Below the pieces are notes generated by a model. That model was not told where the DNA came from. It was given only the letters and a program-made list of their open reading frames with translations, and did not search any database. This document shows, in pieces, positions 1-9,807 of a stretch of DNA of 64,000 nt (its first letter is position 1; every line of letters starts with the position of its first letter). The stretch lies in the NCBI GenBank assembly GCA_000434295.1, contig HF994935.1, positions 109,869-173,868 of the forward strand, read 5' to 3'. This DNA comes from Acetobacter sp. CAG:977. GTDB lineage: Bacteria > Pseudomonadota > Alphaproteobacteria > CAAGCB01 > CAG-977. Made by a program: the position numbers and the translations under genes.

Positions 1-918
1 GGTAAAGGTTTGACGGTGGACTTCAGAAACACGATTGTGATTATGACGTCAAACCTCGGAGCGAACCTGCCCCGTTATCAGCGTATGGAATTTTTGCGCA
101 AAAATCTTCGCCCCGAATTTTTGGCGCGTATTGACGACATTATTCCGTTCCACGGTTTGGCGGAAGAAAACCTTTTGGCGATTGTCGACATTCATTTGAA
201 CAAGTTCGTGAAACGCGCAAAAGCGGTCGGTTTGCGTGCGGAACTGACGTTGGAAGCCAGAAAATGGTTTGCGGACGAAGTCTTTATTGCCAAGAACGGC
301 GTTCGCGAAATCAAACGTTTGATTCAGCATCACATAGAAAACCCGCTGTCGGTATTGATGATGTACGACAAAGTGTCTTCCGAGGATTTAATCAAGATTA
401 TCCGCCCGAAGGACAAGAAAGGTGTCGAAATCGTCGTTTTGAAGCCCGAAGAACAGGACAAAGTCCTTGAAGAAGCGGTTACGGTAGAGATGAAGATGGA
501 TGACAATGTTGACGATCGTCCGCCTCCGCCTCCGACGTTCAAGCTGAACGAAGACGAGGACGCGTATAAAGATTTGCCGGCGTGGAAGCGTGCGGCGATG
601 GAAGCGGCGCGCCAGCAGGGCGGTTCGCCGTCTCAGACGGGCGAAAACGGGCACAAGGTGATTAAGGTTCCCGTTGCCAAAGGCTTTAAATCGACGCGGA
701 TGATGAAAGTTCCGTTGCCAAAGATGCCCAAGGCTCTGATGGAAAAGGAAATAAAGGAGGAAGACGCCGCCGAAGGCATTATTCCGCCGTTGGAGGATGC
801 ACCGCCGCCGTTGGTTCCGTCTCCGAGCGAGATGCCGCCGGATTTGCCGCCTGCCGTTCCCGATGTTAAACCGCCGGTTTCGGTGCCGTCTCCGGTATCT
901 CCGATTAAGGAAGAATGA
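1..918 (+). CDS. Clp/Hsp100-family AAA+ chaperone (ClpB-like), C-terminal part; 5' end lies outside the window; carries a long acidic/proline-rich tail
   Basis: Frame 1 is open from base 1. TVDFRNTIVIMTSNLG...RPEFLARIDDIIPFHGL matches the D2 sensor/small-domain region of ClpB/ClpA-type ATPases. After about aa 150 the sequence becomes low complexity (DDRPPPPPTF ... PPPLVPSPSEMPPDLPPAVPDVKPPVSVPSPVSP). Confidence 0.7.
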   Translation, partial: GKGLTVDFRNTIVIMTSNLGANLPRYQRMEFLRKNLRPEFLARIDDIIPFHGLAEENLLAIVDIHLNKFVKRAKAVGLRAELTLEARKWFADEVFIAKNGVREIKRLIQHHIENPLSVLMMYDKVSSEDLIKIIRPKDKKGVEIVVLKPEEQDKVLEEAVTVEMKMDDNVDDRPPPPPTFKLNEDEDAYKDLPAWKRAAMEAARQQGGSPSQTGENGHKVIKVPVAKGFKSTRMMKVPLPKMPKALMEKEIKEEDAAEGIIPPLEDAPPPLVPSPSEMPPDLPPAVPDVKPPVSVPSPVSPIKEE

Positions 919-933
919 AATAACGCTAAAAAA

Positions 934-969
934 AATTCGGACGATTTTTCAGAATCGTCCGAATTTTTG
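934..969 (+). terminator. Rho-independent terminator
   Basis: Perfect 13-bp stem aattcggacgatt / aatcgtccgaatt with a 6-nt loop, followed by ttttt. Confidence 0.75.
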
Positions 970-1047
970 TTAAAAGGGACTTCAAAATCCTTTTACGCTT
1001 TCTTTTTGCGGGGAATTCGGCTATTCCTATAAGACTGGTGCTTTTAA

Positions 1048-2480
<1,433 letters not shown>

Positions 2481-2481
<1 letters not shown>

Positions 2482-2879
2482 TGAGGTTTAAGACGTTTAT
2501 TCCTTCCGGAATGGTTTTGGACAGGGAAGTCGGCCGCATCCGCTTTGATGCGCAGGACGGTTCCCGAACATTTTTGCCGGGACACGCGGATTTTGCGACG
2601 GCGGTTGTGCCGGGGCTGGTGTCTTTTACGCCTGCCGACGCGCCTTCTGATGAAATTTTTATGGCGTGCGACCGCGGTATTTTGGTCAAGGAAGGGGAAA
2701 CGGTCAGCCTTTCGGTACGCCGTGCCGTCATGGGGTCTGATTTATCGGTTCTGACAAAGGCGATCAGCGGAGAATTTAAGAAAGTCGAAGAAGAACGTAA
2801 AACGGTTAATGCGGCGATGACCCGTTTGGAAGTCGGATTGACGCGCGGGTTGATGCAGTTAAATTCGGGACGCCGTTAA
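2481..2879 (+). CDS. atpC: ATP synthase F1 epsilon subunit
   Basis: 132 aa. Its start overlaps the atpD stop (TGATG). Epsilon-like N-terminal beta-sandwich pattern (FLPGHADFATAVVPGLVSF) plus a C-terminal helix. Confidence 0.8.
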
Positions 2880-2892
2880 GGGGAGGGGTTTG

Positions 2893-3333
2893 ATGGAATT
2901 ATTTGAAAAGGATACGCCTCCCAACAATAAAAAAGAAGTGGACGAAACTTTGGCAAAGCGCTTGGAACGCCGTGCGTCGCGCCGTTTGATTTCGCAAAAC
3001 GAAGATCAAAAGGTCAATGCGCGTTTGGGGTTGTCTTTTTTGGGCGCGATCGGCTGGCATGTTCCCGTGCCGACGGTTTTGGGGGCGTTGGCGGGAAAAT
3101 GGCTGGATGCGAAATATCCGCACGAAACGGTTTCGTGGTCTTTGAATTTGATGCTTTTGGGGCTTGCGCTGGGGCTGTTAAGCACGTGGATATGGGTTCG
3201 CCGCGAAGGCATTGATTACGCGTTGCGCGAACAAAAACGCCGCGATGAAAACATAGAAGCGCTTCGGGAAAGGTCTTCCGAACCTTCCGACAAAGAAGAG
3301 GTTGCTTCCGACAAAGAAGAGGTCGAAAAATGA
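2893..3333 (+). CDS. atpQ: AtpQ (AtpZ/AtpI-like small membrane protein of N-ATPase operons)
   Basis: Two predicted TM helices (LGLSFLGAIGWHVPVPTVLGALAG; WSLNLMLLGLALGLLSTWIWV). It sits between atpC and atpR as in N-ATPase operons. The ORF track starts at TTG 2890; an ATG follows at 2893. Confidence 0.7.
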   Translation: MELFEKDTPPNNKKEVDETLAKRLERRASRRLISQNEDQKVNARLGLSFLGAIGWHVPVPTVLGALAGKWLDAKYPHETVSWSLNLMLLGLALGLLSTWIWVRREGIDYALREQKRRDENIEALRERSSEPSDKEEVASDKEEVEK

Positions 3334-3623
3334 GCGTTGCCGAGACTCTTTTTTGCTTTTTGGCGGGTTCAGCCGTCGGCGTCGTTTATTTCGGCGGGCT
3401 GTGGCAAACGATAAAGATGCTGAAAACGACAAAGCATACGACGCGCGTTTTGGTGGTCAGCTGGCTGGTGCGCAACCTGTTTTTTATCGGGTCGTTTTTT
3501 TTGCTGATGCAGGGCAGTGCTCACAGGCTTATTGCGGCATTTTTGGGCATGATGGCGGTTCGTGCGGCGATGACGATTTATATGAAACGCAAGAATGCCG
3601 GGGCAAATGAGGGGCGGTCATGA
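3330..3623 (+). CDS. atpR: AtpR (N-ATPase-specific membrane subunit)
   Basis: 97 aa with three hydrophobic segments, including a membrane-embedded Arg (VVSWLVRNLFFIG). ATGA overlaps link it to both neighbours. Position is diagnostic of N-ATPase operons. Confidence 0.7.
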   Translation: MSVAETLFCFLAGSAVGVVYFGGLWQTIKMLKTTKHTTRVLVVSWLVRNLFFIGSFFLLMQGSAHRLIAAFLGMMAVRAAMTIYMKRKNAGANEGRS

Positions 3624-4384
3624 TCGAACAATACGACAAAATGATAGCGTTTCATCTGTTCGGCGTTCCCGTGAATTGGACGATAGCGTCGACGTGGATT
3701 GTGATGGCGCTGTTGGTTTTTGTTTCTTTTTTGGCGACGCGCGGGCTGAAAACGGGAATGAAAGTATCGCGGTGGCAAACGGGAATGGAAGTCATTGTCG
3801 GAGCGGTTCGCTCTCAAATCAGAGAAATGGCCAATGACGAACCGATGAAATATTTGCCTTTGATCGGGACGTTTTTCCTGTTTATCGCGACGTGCGTTTT
3901 GCTGTCGATCATTCCGTGGTTTAAAATTCCGACGGCGTCGTTGTCGACGACGGGGGCTTTTGCGGCGGTCGTTTTGGCAGGCATATCGTATTACGGGATA
4001 AGGAATGCGGGAATTTCGGGATATTTGAAAAAATACACGGAACCCAGCATTATCTTAATGCCGATTAATGTTATCAGCGACATTACGTCAACGGCGGCAA
4101 TGGCGATCCGTTTGTTCGGAAATATGCTCAGCGGCGTTCTGATCGGGTCGATTTTGCTGATGCTGGTGCCGTTTGTGCTGCCGTTGCCGATGCAGATGTT
4201 GGGGTTATTCACGGGATTTATTCAATCATACATTTTTGCCGTTTTGGCGGTGGTGTTTATGTCTTCGGTATCGCCGACGGCAGATGAAGCAGGTTTTGCC
4301 CAAACGCAAAAAATCGAAGCGGAATTAAAGGCGGATACCGCCCTTTCCAATCAGACGGAACAGAAAACAAAAGGAGAAGAATAA
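3620..4384 (+). CDS. atpB: ATP synthase Fo subunit a
   Basis: Polytopic membrane protein with the conserved stator Arg motif AIRLFGNMLSG. Has a hydrophilic C-terminal tail. Confidence 0.9.
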   Translation: MIEQYDKMIAFHLFGVPVNWTIASTWIVMALLVFVSFLATRGLKTGMKVSRWQTGMEVIVGAVRSQIREMANDEPMKYLPLIGTFFLFIATCVLLSIIPWFKIPTASLSTTGAFAAVVLAGISYYGIRNAGISGYLKKYTEPSIILMPINVISDITSTAAMAIRLFGNMLSGVLIGSILLMLVPFVLPLPMQMLGLFTGFIQSYIFAVLAVVFMSSVSPTADEAGFAQTQKIEAELKADTALSNQTEQKTKGEE

Positions 4385-4662
4385 TGGATATTTTATCAAT
4401 AATCGGCGCCGCCTCGGTCATTTCGGCGGGTTTGTGCATAGGTTTGGGCGCGTTGGGTTCGTGCGTCGGCGAAGGCAATGCGGCGGCTCAAGGGTTGCAG
4501 GCGATAGCGCAACAGCCCGACGAAGCCGGCACGATTTCCAGAACGATGTTTATTTCTTTGGCAATTGTCGAAACGGGTGCGATTTATTGCTTTGTCGTTA
4601 CGATGATTTTGATATTTTCCAATCCGTTTTGGAATTACGCGGTGGAAGCTGCCGCGAAATAA
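4384..4662 (+). CDS. atpE: ATP synthase Fo subunit c
   Basis: 92-aa helical hairpin with a polar loop (AQQPDEAG). Helix 2 carries the carboxylate motif IVETGAIY; helix 1 has VGEG where Na+-type c subunits have VGQG. Confidence 0.9.
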   Translation: MDILSIIGAASVISAGLCIGLGALGSCVGEGNAAAQGLQAIAQQPDEAGTISRTMFISLAIVETGAIYCFVVTMILIFSNPFWNYAVEAAAK

Positions 4663-4698
4663 GGCGGTTCGGCTTTTTCGGCGCTGGGGAAGGACAGA

Positions 4699-5493
4699 AT
4701 GGGTATAGATTGGGTTACGTTTGCGGCACAGCTTGTAAATCTGGCGATACTTGCGGCGTTGTTGTACAAATTTTTGTTCAAGCCGCTTCTCGGAGCGATA
4801 GACGCGCGCGAAGCGCACATTGCTTCGGAAATCAAGGATGCGGAAACGCTGGCGCGTTTGTCGCGCGAACGGTTGGAAGAATTGGACGCAAAACACCGTG
4901 AAATAGACGCGTCGCGGCAAAACATACTGGAACAGGCGCGTTTGGTGGCGGACAATCTGAAGGTTCGTTTGGAACGCGAAATCCGCGACGACGTTTTGGA
5001 ACAGAAACGCCGCCTTGCCGAAGAACTGGAACAAGAACGCAAAGGCTTGGAAAGCGAATTGCGCGAAGCCGTTATTTCCAACTTTACCCGTTTAGCCCGC
5101 AAAGCGTTTTGCGAATTGGCGGATGCGAATTTTGAAACGCGCGTTGCGGAAGTTTTAAAGGAACGTTTTTTTGCGCTTCCTGCCGAGGAACGGTTGCGTT
5201 TAAAGCCCGTTGCCGACGAAGAAGGCGTTTTGTCTCCGGTTACGGTCAGGACGGCTTTTGACGCGGGGGAACGCACGCGCAAGGAAATATCCGCAATGCT
5301 GAAAGACGCGTTGGATATTCCCGAAACGGCGATACGGTTCGAAACGGATTCAAAGCTTTTGTGCGGGCTGGAGATTACGTCGGCAGGGAACGTTTTGGCG
5401 TGGAATTTTGAAGATTATTTACGCGACTTTACGGAAACGATGGACAAGACGCTTCAGGAAATGTCGATGCGTCTGGATCGGGAAGAAAACTAA
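4699..5493 (+). CDS. atpF: ATP synthase Fo subunit b (long form)
   Basis: N-terminal TM helix (FAAQLVNLAILAALLYKFLF) followed by a long charged helix. At 264 aa it is longer than usual b subunits, and no atpH (delta) gene is present in the cluster. Confidence 0.8.
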   Translation: MGIDWVTFAAQLVNLAILAALLYKFLFKPLLGAIDAREAHIASEIKDAETLARLSRERLEELDAKHREIDASRQNILEQARLVADNLKVRLEREIRDDVLEQKRRLAEELEQERKGLESELREAVISNFTRLARKAFCELADANFETRVAEVLKERFFALPAEERLRLKPVADEEGVLSPVTVRTAFDAGERTRKEISAMLKDALDIPETAIRFETDSKLLCGLEITSAGNVLAWNFEDYLRDFTETMDKTLQEMSMRLDREEN

Positions 5494-5508
5494 CCGAAAG
5501 GGAAAAGA

Positions 5509-7032
5509 ATGTTGAAAGAAGCAGCGAAGGAAGCTTTTGATCTTGTCGGCGAGGCGGTTTCTTCATCAAAAGCCGAAGCAGAGGTTGAAGAAGTCAGCGC
5601 GGTTCGTTCCGTTTCGGGCGGGACGGCGGAAATATCCGGTCTTGAAAACGTGCGGATGGAAGAGCTGTTGGAATTTTCCGACGGCGTTTCGGGAATGGCT
5701 TTTACTTTGTCGGAAGACAGTGTCGGCGCGGTTTTCTTAACGTCTCCCGACGGAGTTAAGGCGGGCAGTCGCGTTTATCGTACGGGCAGGGTCGTGGATG
5801 TTCCCGTCGGAGAAGAACTGTTGGGGCGCGTGATAGATCCTTTGGGTCGTCCTTTGGACGGCAAAGGTCCGATTGCTTCTCAAGAGCGCCGCGGCATCGA
5901 GCGTGAAGCTTTTCCGATTATGGCACGTGCGCCGGTTTCCGTGCCGTTGCAAACGGGGATAAAGGCGATAGATTCTTTTACGCCCGTCGGCAGAGGTCAG
6001 CGCGAACTGATTTTGGGCGACCGTCAAACGGGCAAGACGGCTCTGGCGGTAGACGCGATTATCAACCAAAAAGACACGGGCGTCATTTCGATATACTGTG
6101 CGATTGCTCAACGCGGTACGGCAATTGCCCGAGTTGTGGATAATTTAAAGAAATACGGTGTTTTGCAAAATACGATTATCGTTGCGGCGTCGGCGGATGA
6201 AACGGCGGGGATGCAGTATATCGCGCCGTATGCGGCGACGGCGATCGGCGAATACTTTATGGAAAAGGGAAAAGACGTGCTGGTCGTTTACGACGATTTA
6301 ACGTCTCATGCCCGTGCGTATCGCGAAATGTCTTTGCTGTTGCGCCGTCCGCCCGGACGCGAAGCGTTTCCCGGCGATATTTTTTACATTCATTCAAGGC
6401 TTTTGGAACGTTCGACGCATCTTCGTCCCGAATTCGGCGGCGGTTCCTTGACGGCGCTTCCGATTGTCGAAACGGAAGCTCAAAACATTTCGGCGTACAT
6501 TCCGACGAACATCATTTCCATTACGGACGGTCAGATATATCTGTCGTCTCCGATGTTCCAGAAAGGGATTTTGCCCGCGATTGACACGGGACGTTCGGTT
6601 TCCCGCGTCGGCGGCGACGCTCAGCTTCCGGCGTACAGTTCTTTGGTCGGACCGTTAAAGCTGTCGTTTTCTCAGTTTGAAGAACTGGAAAGCTTTGCAA
6701 AGTTCCGCAGTTCGTTGGACAAAGAAACGGAACGCCAGCTTAAACGCGGTCGCAGCATTCGTGCGGTCATGCAGCAAAAACAGTTTAATCCTGTGCCCGT
6801 TGTGGATCAGATTGCCGTTTTGCTGGCGACGGTGGAAGGCATTTTCGACGACGTTCCCGATAACCTTCGCGACGAAGCGTACGACGCCGTATGCAATGTT
6901 ATGGCGACGGAATGCAAACCGATAGCGGATGCCGTATTGAACAGGGAAAAGCTTTCTTCGGAAAACAAAGCCCGTTTGTTGGCGGCGTTTAAAGACGCGC
7001 TGGTTCGTGAACATATCATAAAGTCAGTATAA
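5509..7032 (+). CDS. atpA: ATP synthase F1 alpha subunit
   Basis: Walker A GDRQTGKT; alpha-type motifs LLLRRPPGREAFPGDIFYIHSRLLER. Confidence 0.93.
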   Translation: MLKEAAKEAFDLVGEAVSSSKAEAEVEEVSAVRSVSGGTAEISGLENVRMEELLEFSDGVSGMAFTLSEDSVGAVFLTSPDGVKAGSRVYRTGRVVDVPVGEELLGRVIDPLGRPLDGKGPIASQERRGIEREAFPIMARAPVSVPLQTGIKAIDSFTPVGRGQRELILGDRQTGKTALAVDAIINQKDTGVISIYCAIAQRGTAIARVVDNLKKYGVLQNTIIVAASADETAGMQYIAPYAATAIGEYFMEKGKDVLVVYDDLTSHARAYREMSLLLRRPPGREAFPGDIFYIHSRLLERSTHLRPEFGGGSLTALPIVETEAQNISAYIPTNIISITDGQIYLSSPMFQKGILPAIDTGRSVSRVGGDAQLPAYSSLVGPLKLSFSQFEELESFAKFRSSLDKETERQLKRGRSIRAVMQQKQFNPVPVVDQIAVLLATVEGIFDDVPDNLRDEAYDAVCNVMATECKPIADAVLNREKLSSENKARLLAAFKDALVREHIIKSV

Positions 7033-7045
7033 CGGGGAACTTCGG

Positions 7046-7948
7046 ATGGACAGTCTGGAAGGGTTGCAAAAACGCATCAAGACGACGCAGGATTTGCGGT
7101 CGATTGTCAGCACGATGAAATCGTTGTCGGCGGTCAGCATCATCCAGTACGACGCGTCGTTGAAATCGTTGTTGGAATACGGACAAACGATAGATGCGGG
7201 GGCGTATGTGCTGATGCGCAACGGCGTTTTGAATGCGGCGAAACCGCCGAAGCTCCCATCCGAAAAGAAAAAAGCCTTAGCCGTAGTCATCGGGTCGGAC
7301 ACGGGTCTGGTCGGCAAGATTAACCGCGATGTTGTCGAATTTGCCGAGAACACGCTGAAAGAAAAAGGCTTTGATTCCGATCGCATTTTATACATTGCCG
7401 TGGGGCGACAGGTGATCGGTCGTTTGGAAAGTCGGGAAGTGCCTTTGTTGGCGTCCTATCCCGTTTCAAATTCGATTAAGGCGGTCGGCACGACGGCTTC
7501 GGCGATTTTGATCAAGATAGACGAAGTCCTGCATGCCGAAGGGATAACGCACGTTTATTTGTTTTTCAACCGCCGTCGCGGCGGTTCGGTCAATCCTGCG
7601 TCGTCGTTGTTAATGCCGATGGGCGAAGAATGGCTTGAAGGGTTGAAAGGCAGAAAATGGAATTCCCGTCGTTTTCCTGTTTTTTCGATGCCTGCGCCCC
7701 AGCTGTTTTCCTGTTTGGTTCAGGAACGTTTGTTGATAGAAACGGCGACGGCGCTGACGGATTCTTTGACGGCGGAACACCATACGCGTTTAATGACGAT
7801 GCAGGCGGCAGAAAAGAACATTGATGAAAATCTGGAGCGCATGAATCTGGAATACCAACAGATGCGTCAGGAAAACATAACGACGGAACTGTTGGACGTC
7901 GTTTCGGGAGCCGAAGCGTTGCGCAAAAAGAGGCGTCCGACCGCATAA
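7046..7948 (+). CDS. atpG: ATP synthase F1 gamma subunit
   Basis: 300 aa. N-terminal LQKRIKTTQDLRSIVSTMKSLSA and C-terminal ITTELLDVVSGAEAL helices typical of gamma. Last gene of the cluster. Confidence 0.85.
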   Translation: MDSLEGLQKRIKTTQDLRSIVSTMKSLSAVSIIQYDASLKSLLEYGQTIDAGAYVLMRNGVLNAAKPPKLPSEKKKALAVVIGSDTGLVGKINRDVVEFAENTLKEKGFDSDRILYIAVGRQVIGRLESREVPLLASYPVSNSIKAVGTTASAILIKIDEVLHAEGITHVYLFFNRRRGGSVNPASSLLMPMGEEWLEGLKGRKWNSRRFPVFSMPAPQLFSCLVQERLLIETATALTDSLTAEHHTRLMTMQAAEKNIDENLERMNLEYQQMRQENITTELLDVVSGAEALRKKRRPTA

Positions 7949-7956
7949 TCGAAGTT

Positions 7957-7985
7957 AACCCCCTGATAAAAAGGGGGTTTTTGTT
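7957..7985 (+). terminator. Rho-independent terminator after the atp operon
   Basis: aaccccct / agggggtt stem with a gataaaa loop, followed by a T-run. Confidence 0.7.
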
Positions 7986-8040
7986 TGGCGGGGAATATGG
8001 TATAAAAAAGGTCAGGCAAGAATTTTTTAAAGGCTTTTTT

Positions 8041-8628
8041 ATGCGATTAGGATTAATTACGGCTATATTATCGGTGCTTTGCGCGTGTGCGGCGCCGTCT
8101 GCGAATAAAACGGCGAATACAAAGCCGGCAGTTGCGAAAACAACGGCGGTTCAACCTTCGAAATCGGCGGCTCAGATAGCGGCGGAAACCGACTATATGA
8201 TTCAATTACAGGATATGCTGTCCAAAACGTTGAACGGGACGTCATTTACGATGAAACGCGACGGCAGCACGGTAACGCTGACATTGTCGGGTTCGGCGGC
8301 TTTTTCAAAGAATTCGTACAATATTTTACCCGAAGGGGCTGCCGATTTGAAAAAGATAGCGCCCGTTTTAAGATACTACGATAAAACGCAGATTAACGTT
8401 GTCGGGCATACGGCAAAAGAAAGCGGCGTCAAAGATGCCACGAACAAGCTTTTGTCTCGGAAACGGGCGGAAAAGACGGCGTCTGTTCTGACATCGGCGG
8501 GAATAAAGCCCGAACGTTTTTGGATAAACGCCAAAGGATCGGACAATCCCGTGGCGACGAACGATACGCCCGCAGGCAGGGAACGCAACAACCGCATGGA
8601 AATTGTTTTGACGCCTGCTTTGCGTTAG
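8041..8628 (+). CDS. OmpA-family lipoprotein (peptidoglycan-binding)
   Basis: Signal peptide with lipobox (ILSVLCAC). C-terminal OmpA-like domain (NVVGHTA...LSRKRAEKTASVL...NRMEIVL). Start moved from the track's 7981 to the ATG at 8041, just ahead of the signal peptide. Confidence 0.8.
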   Translation: MRLGLITAILSVLCACAAPSANKTANTKPAVAKTTAVQPSKSAAQIAAETDYMIQLQDMLSKTLNGTSFTMKRDGSTVTLTLSGSAAFSKNSYNILPEGAADLKKIAPVLRYYDKTQINVVGHTAKESGVKDATNKLLSRKRAEKTASVLTSAGIKPERFWINAKGSDNPVATNDTPAGRERNNRMEIVLTPALR

Positions 8629-8640
8629 GGGAGGGGCGGT

Positions 8641-9477
8641 ATGAAGCGTTTTTTTATTTTAAGCCTTTTTTTATTGCAGGGATGCACGTCGCTGTTTTTT
8701 TATCCGACGCGCGAAACCGTTCTGTTGCCGTCGGATTTGGGGTTGAAATATGAAGACGTTTATTTTGAAACTTCGGACGGCGTAAGGCTTCACGCTTGGG
8801 ATATTCCGCCTGTTTTGGAACAGGGTGAAACGGAAAAGGGTACGGTTCTTTTTTTGCACGGCAACGCGGAAAACATATCGACGCATACGTTCGGCGCGTT
8901 GTGGCTTCCCTTGAACGGATACAGGCTGTTCGCGCCCGATTACCGCGGTTACGGGGCTTCCGAGGGCGATCCTTCGCTTGACGGTTTGGAAAAGGATATA
9001 AATGCGGCGTTGAAATACCTGACGGCGCGGGGGGATTCGCCGGTTTTCGTATTCGGCCAAAGTTTAGGCGCCGCTCTGACGGTTTCGACATTGGCGGAAT
9101 CTCCGTATACAAAGAAAGTATCGGCCGTCGTGATTGACAGCGGTTTTTCTTCGACGCGCCGCATCGCGCGGGAAAAGATCGCGATGTTCTGGCCGTTGTG
9201 GCCGTTTCAATACCCGTTGTCGTTTTTGGTTGCCGAGAATGATCCCGAAGGCAAAGTCGAAAAACTGAAAATGCCGAAATTGTTTTTGACGACGAAGGAC
9301 GATACGGTCGTTCCGCCGCATCATACGCAAATTTTGTATGAGAACGCGTCCGAGCCCAAGGAGCTGATGATTATAGAAAAGGGCGGACATATACGGGCGA
9401 CGCAGGACAAATCAGCCAGAAAGAAAGTGTTGGAACTGTTTGAAAAGGCGGCACGCTGTCCCGAATCTTTGACGTAA
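8641..9477 (+). CDS. alpha/beta-fold hydrolase lipoprotein
   Basis: Lipobox LLQGC; HGNAEN oxyanion region; nucleophile elbow GQSLG; late GGH motif. Confidence 0.8.
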   Translation: MKRFFILSLFLLQGCTSLFFYPTRETVLLPSDLGLKYEDVYFETSDGVRLHAWDIPPVLEQGETEKGTVLFLHGNAENISTHTFGALWLPLNGYRLFAPDYRGYGASEGDPSLDGLEKDINAALKYLTARGDSPVFVFGQSLGAALTVSTLAESPYTKKVSAVVIDSGFSSTRRIAREKIAMFWPLWPFQYPLSFLVAENDPEGKVEKLKMPKLFLTTKDDTVVPPHHTQILYENASEPKELMIIEKGGHIRATQDKSARKKVLELFEKAARCPESLT

Positions 9478-9657
9478 CGGGTAAAAAGGCTTTTTTTCTT
9501 TCCTTTATTCATAATCTGAACACAGAACCGTCCGAAAAGGTTTCGGGCGGGAACAGTGCCTTAGCGGGTGCGGAGCCTTAGAACAGCTCTTTTTGCTATT
9601 GCCGGCGCGGGATATTGCGTCGTAACCGGTTTGCGTGTTGCAAATGCGGAAGTATAT

Positions 9658-9800
9658 CCCCGACTTTGTGGTCGGGGAGCTTTTGACGTATGTCCAAAAG
9701 CTTGCGAATGTTTTTCGAAAAGCTTTAAAGGTCAAAAGGGTCATTTTAATAGCATTATGATTTTCTCAACTCCCCGACCGCCTTAAGGCGGTCAAAGGAG
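9658..9800 (+). promoter_or_regulatory. Structured 5' leader upstream of the GT8 gene, with mutually exclusive helices
   Basis: Hairpin A is ccccgac(9658-9664)/gtcgggg(9671-9677). Hairpin B is gaccgcc(9776-9782)/ggcggtc(9787-9793), immediately before RBS aaaggag (9794-9800). GGTCGGGGAG (9670-9679) is a perfect complement of CTCCCCGACC (9770-9779), which would disrupt both A and B. Confidence 0.3.
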
Positions 9801-9807
9801 TTTTTTT

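Noticed and set aside
9505-9786. Two small ORFs (79 aa minus, 72 aa plus) in the hydrolase-GT8 spacer
   Set aside because: They have no RBS and no motifs, and they overlap the hairpin-forming elements. The region is better explained as structured non-coding RNA or leader.
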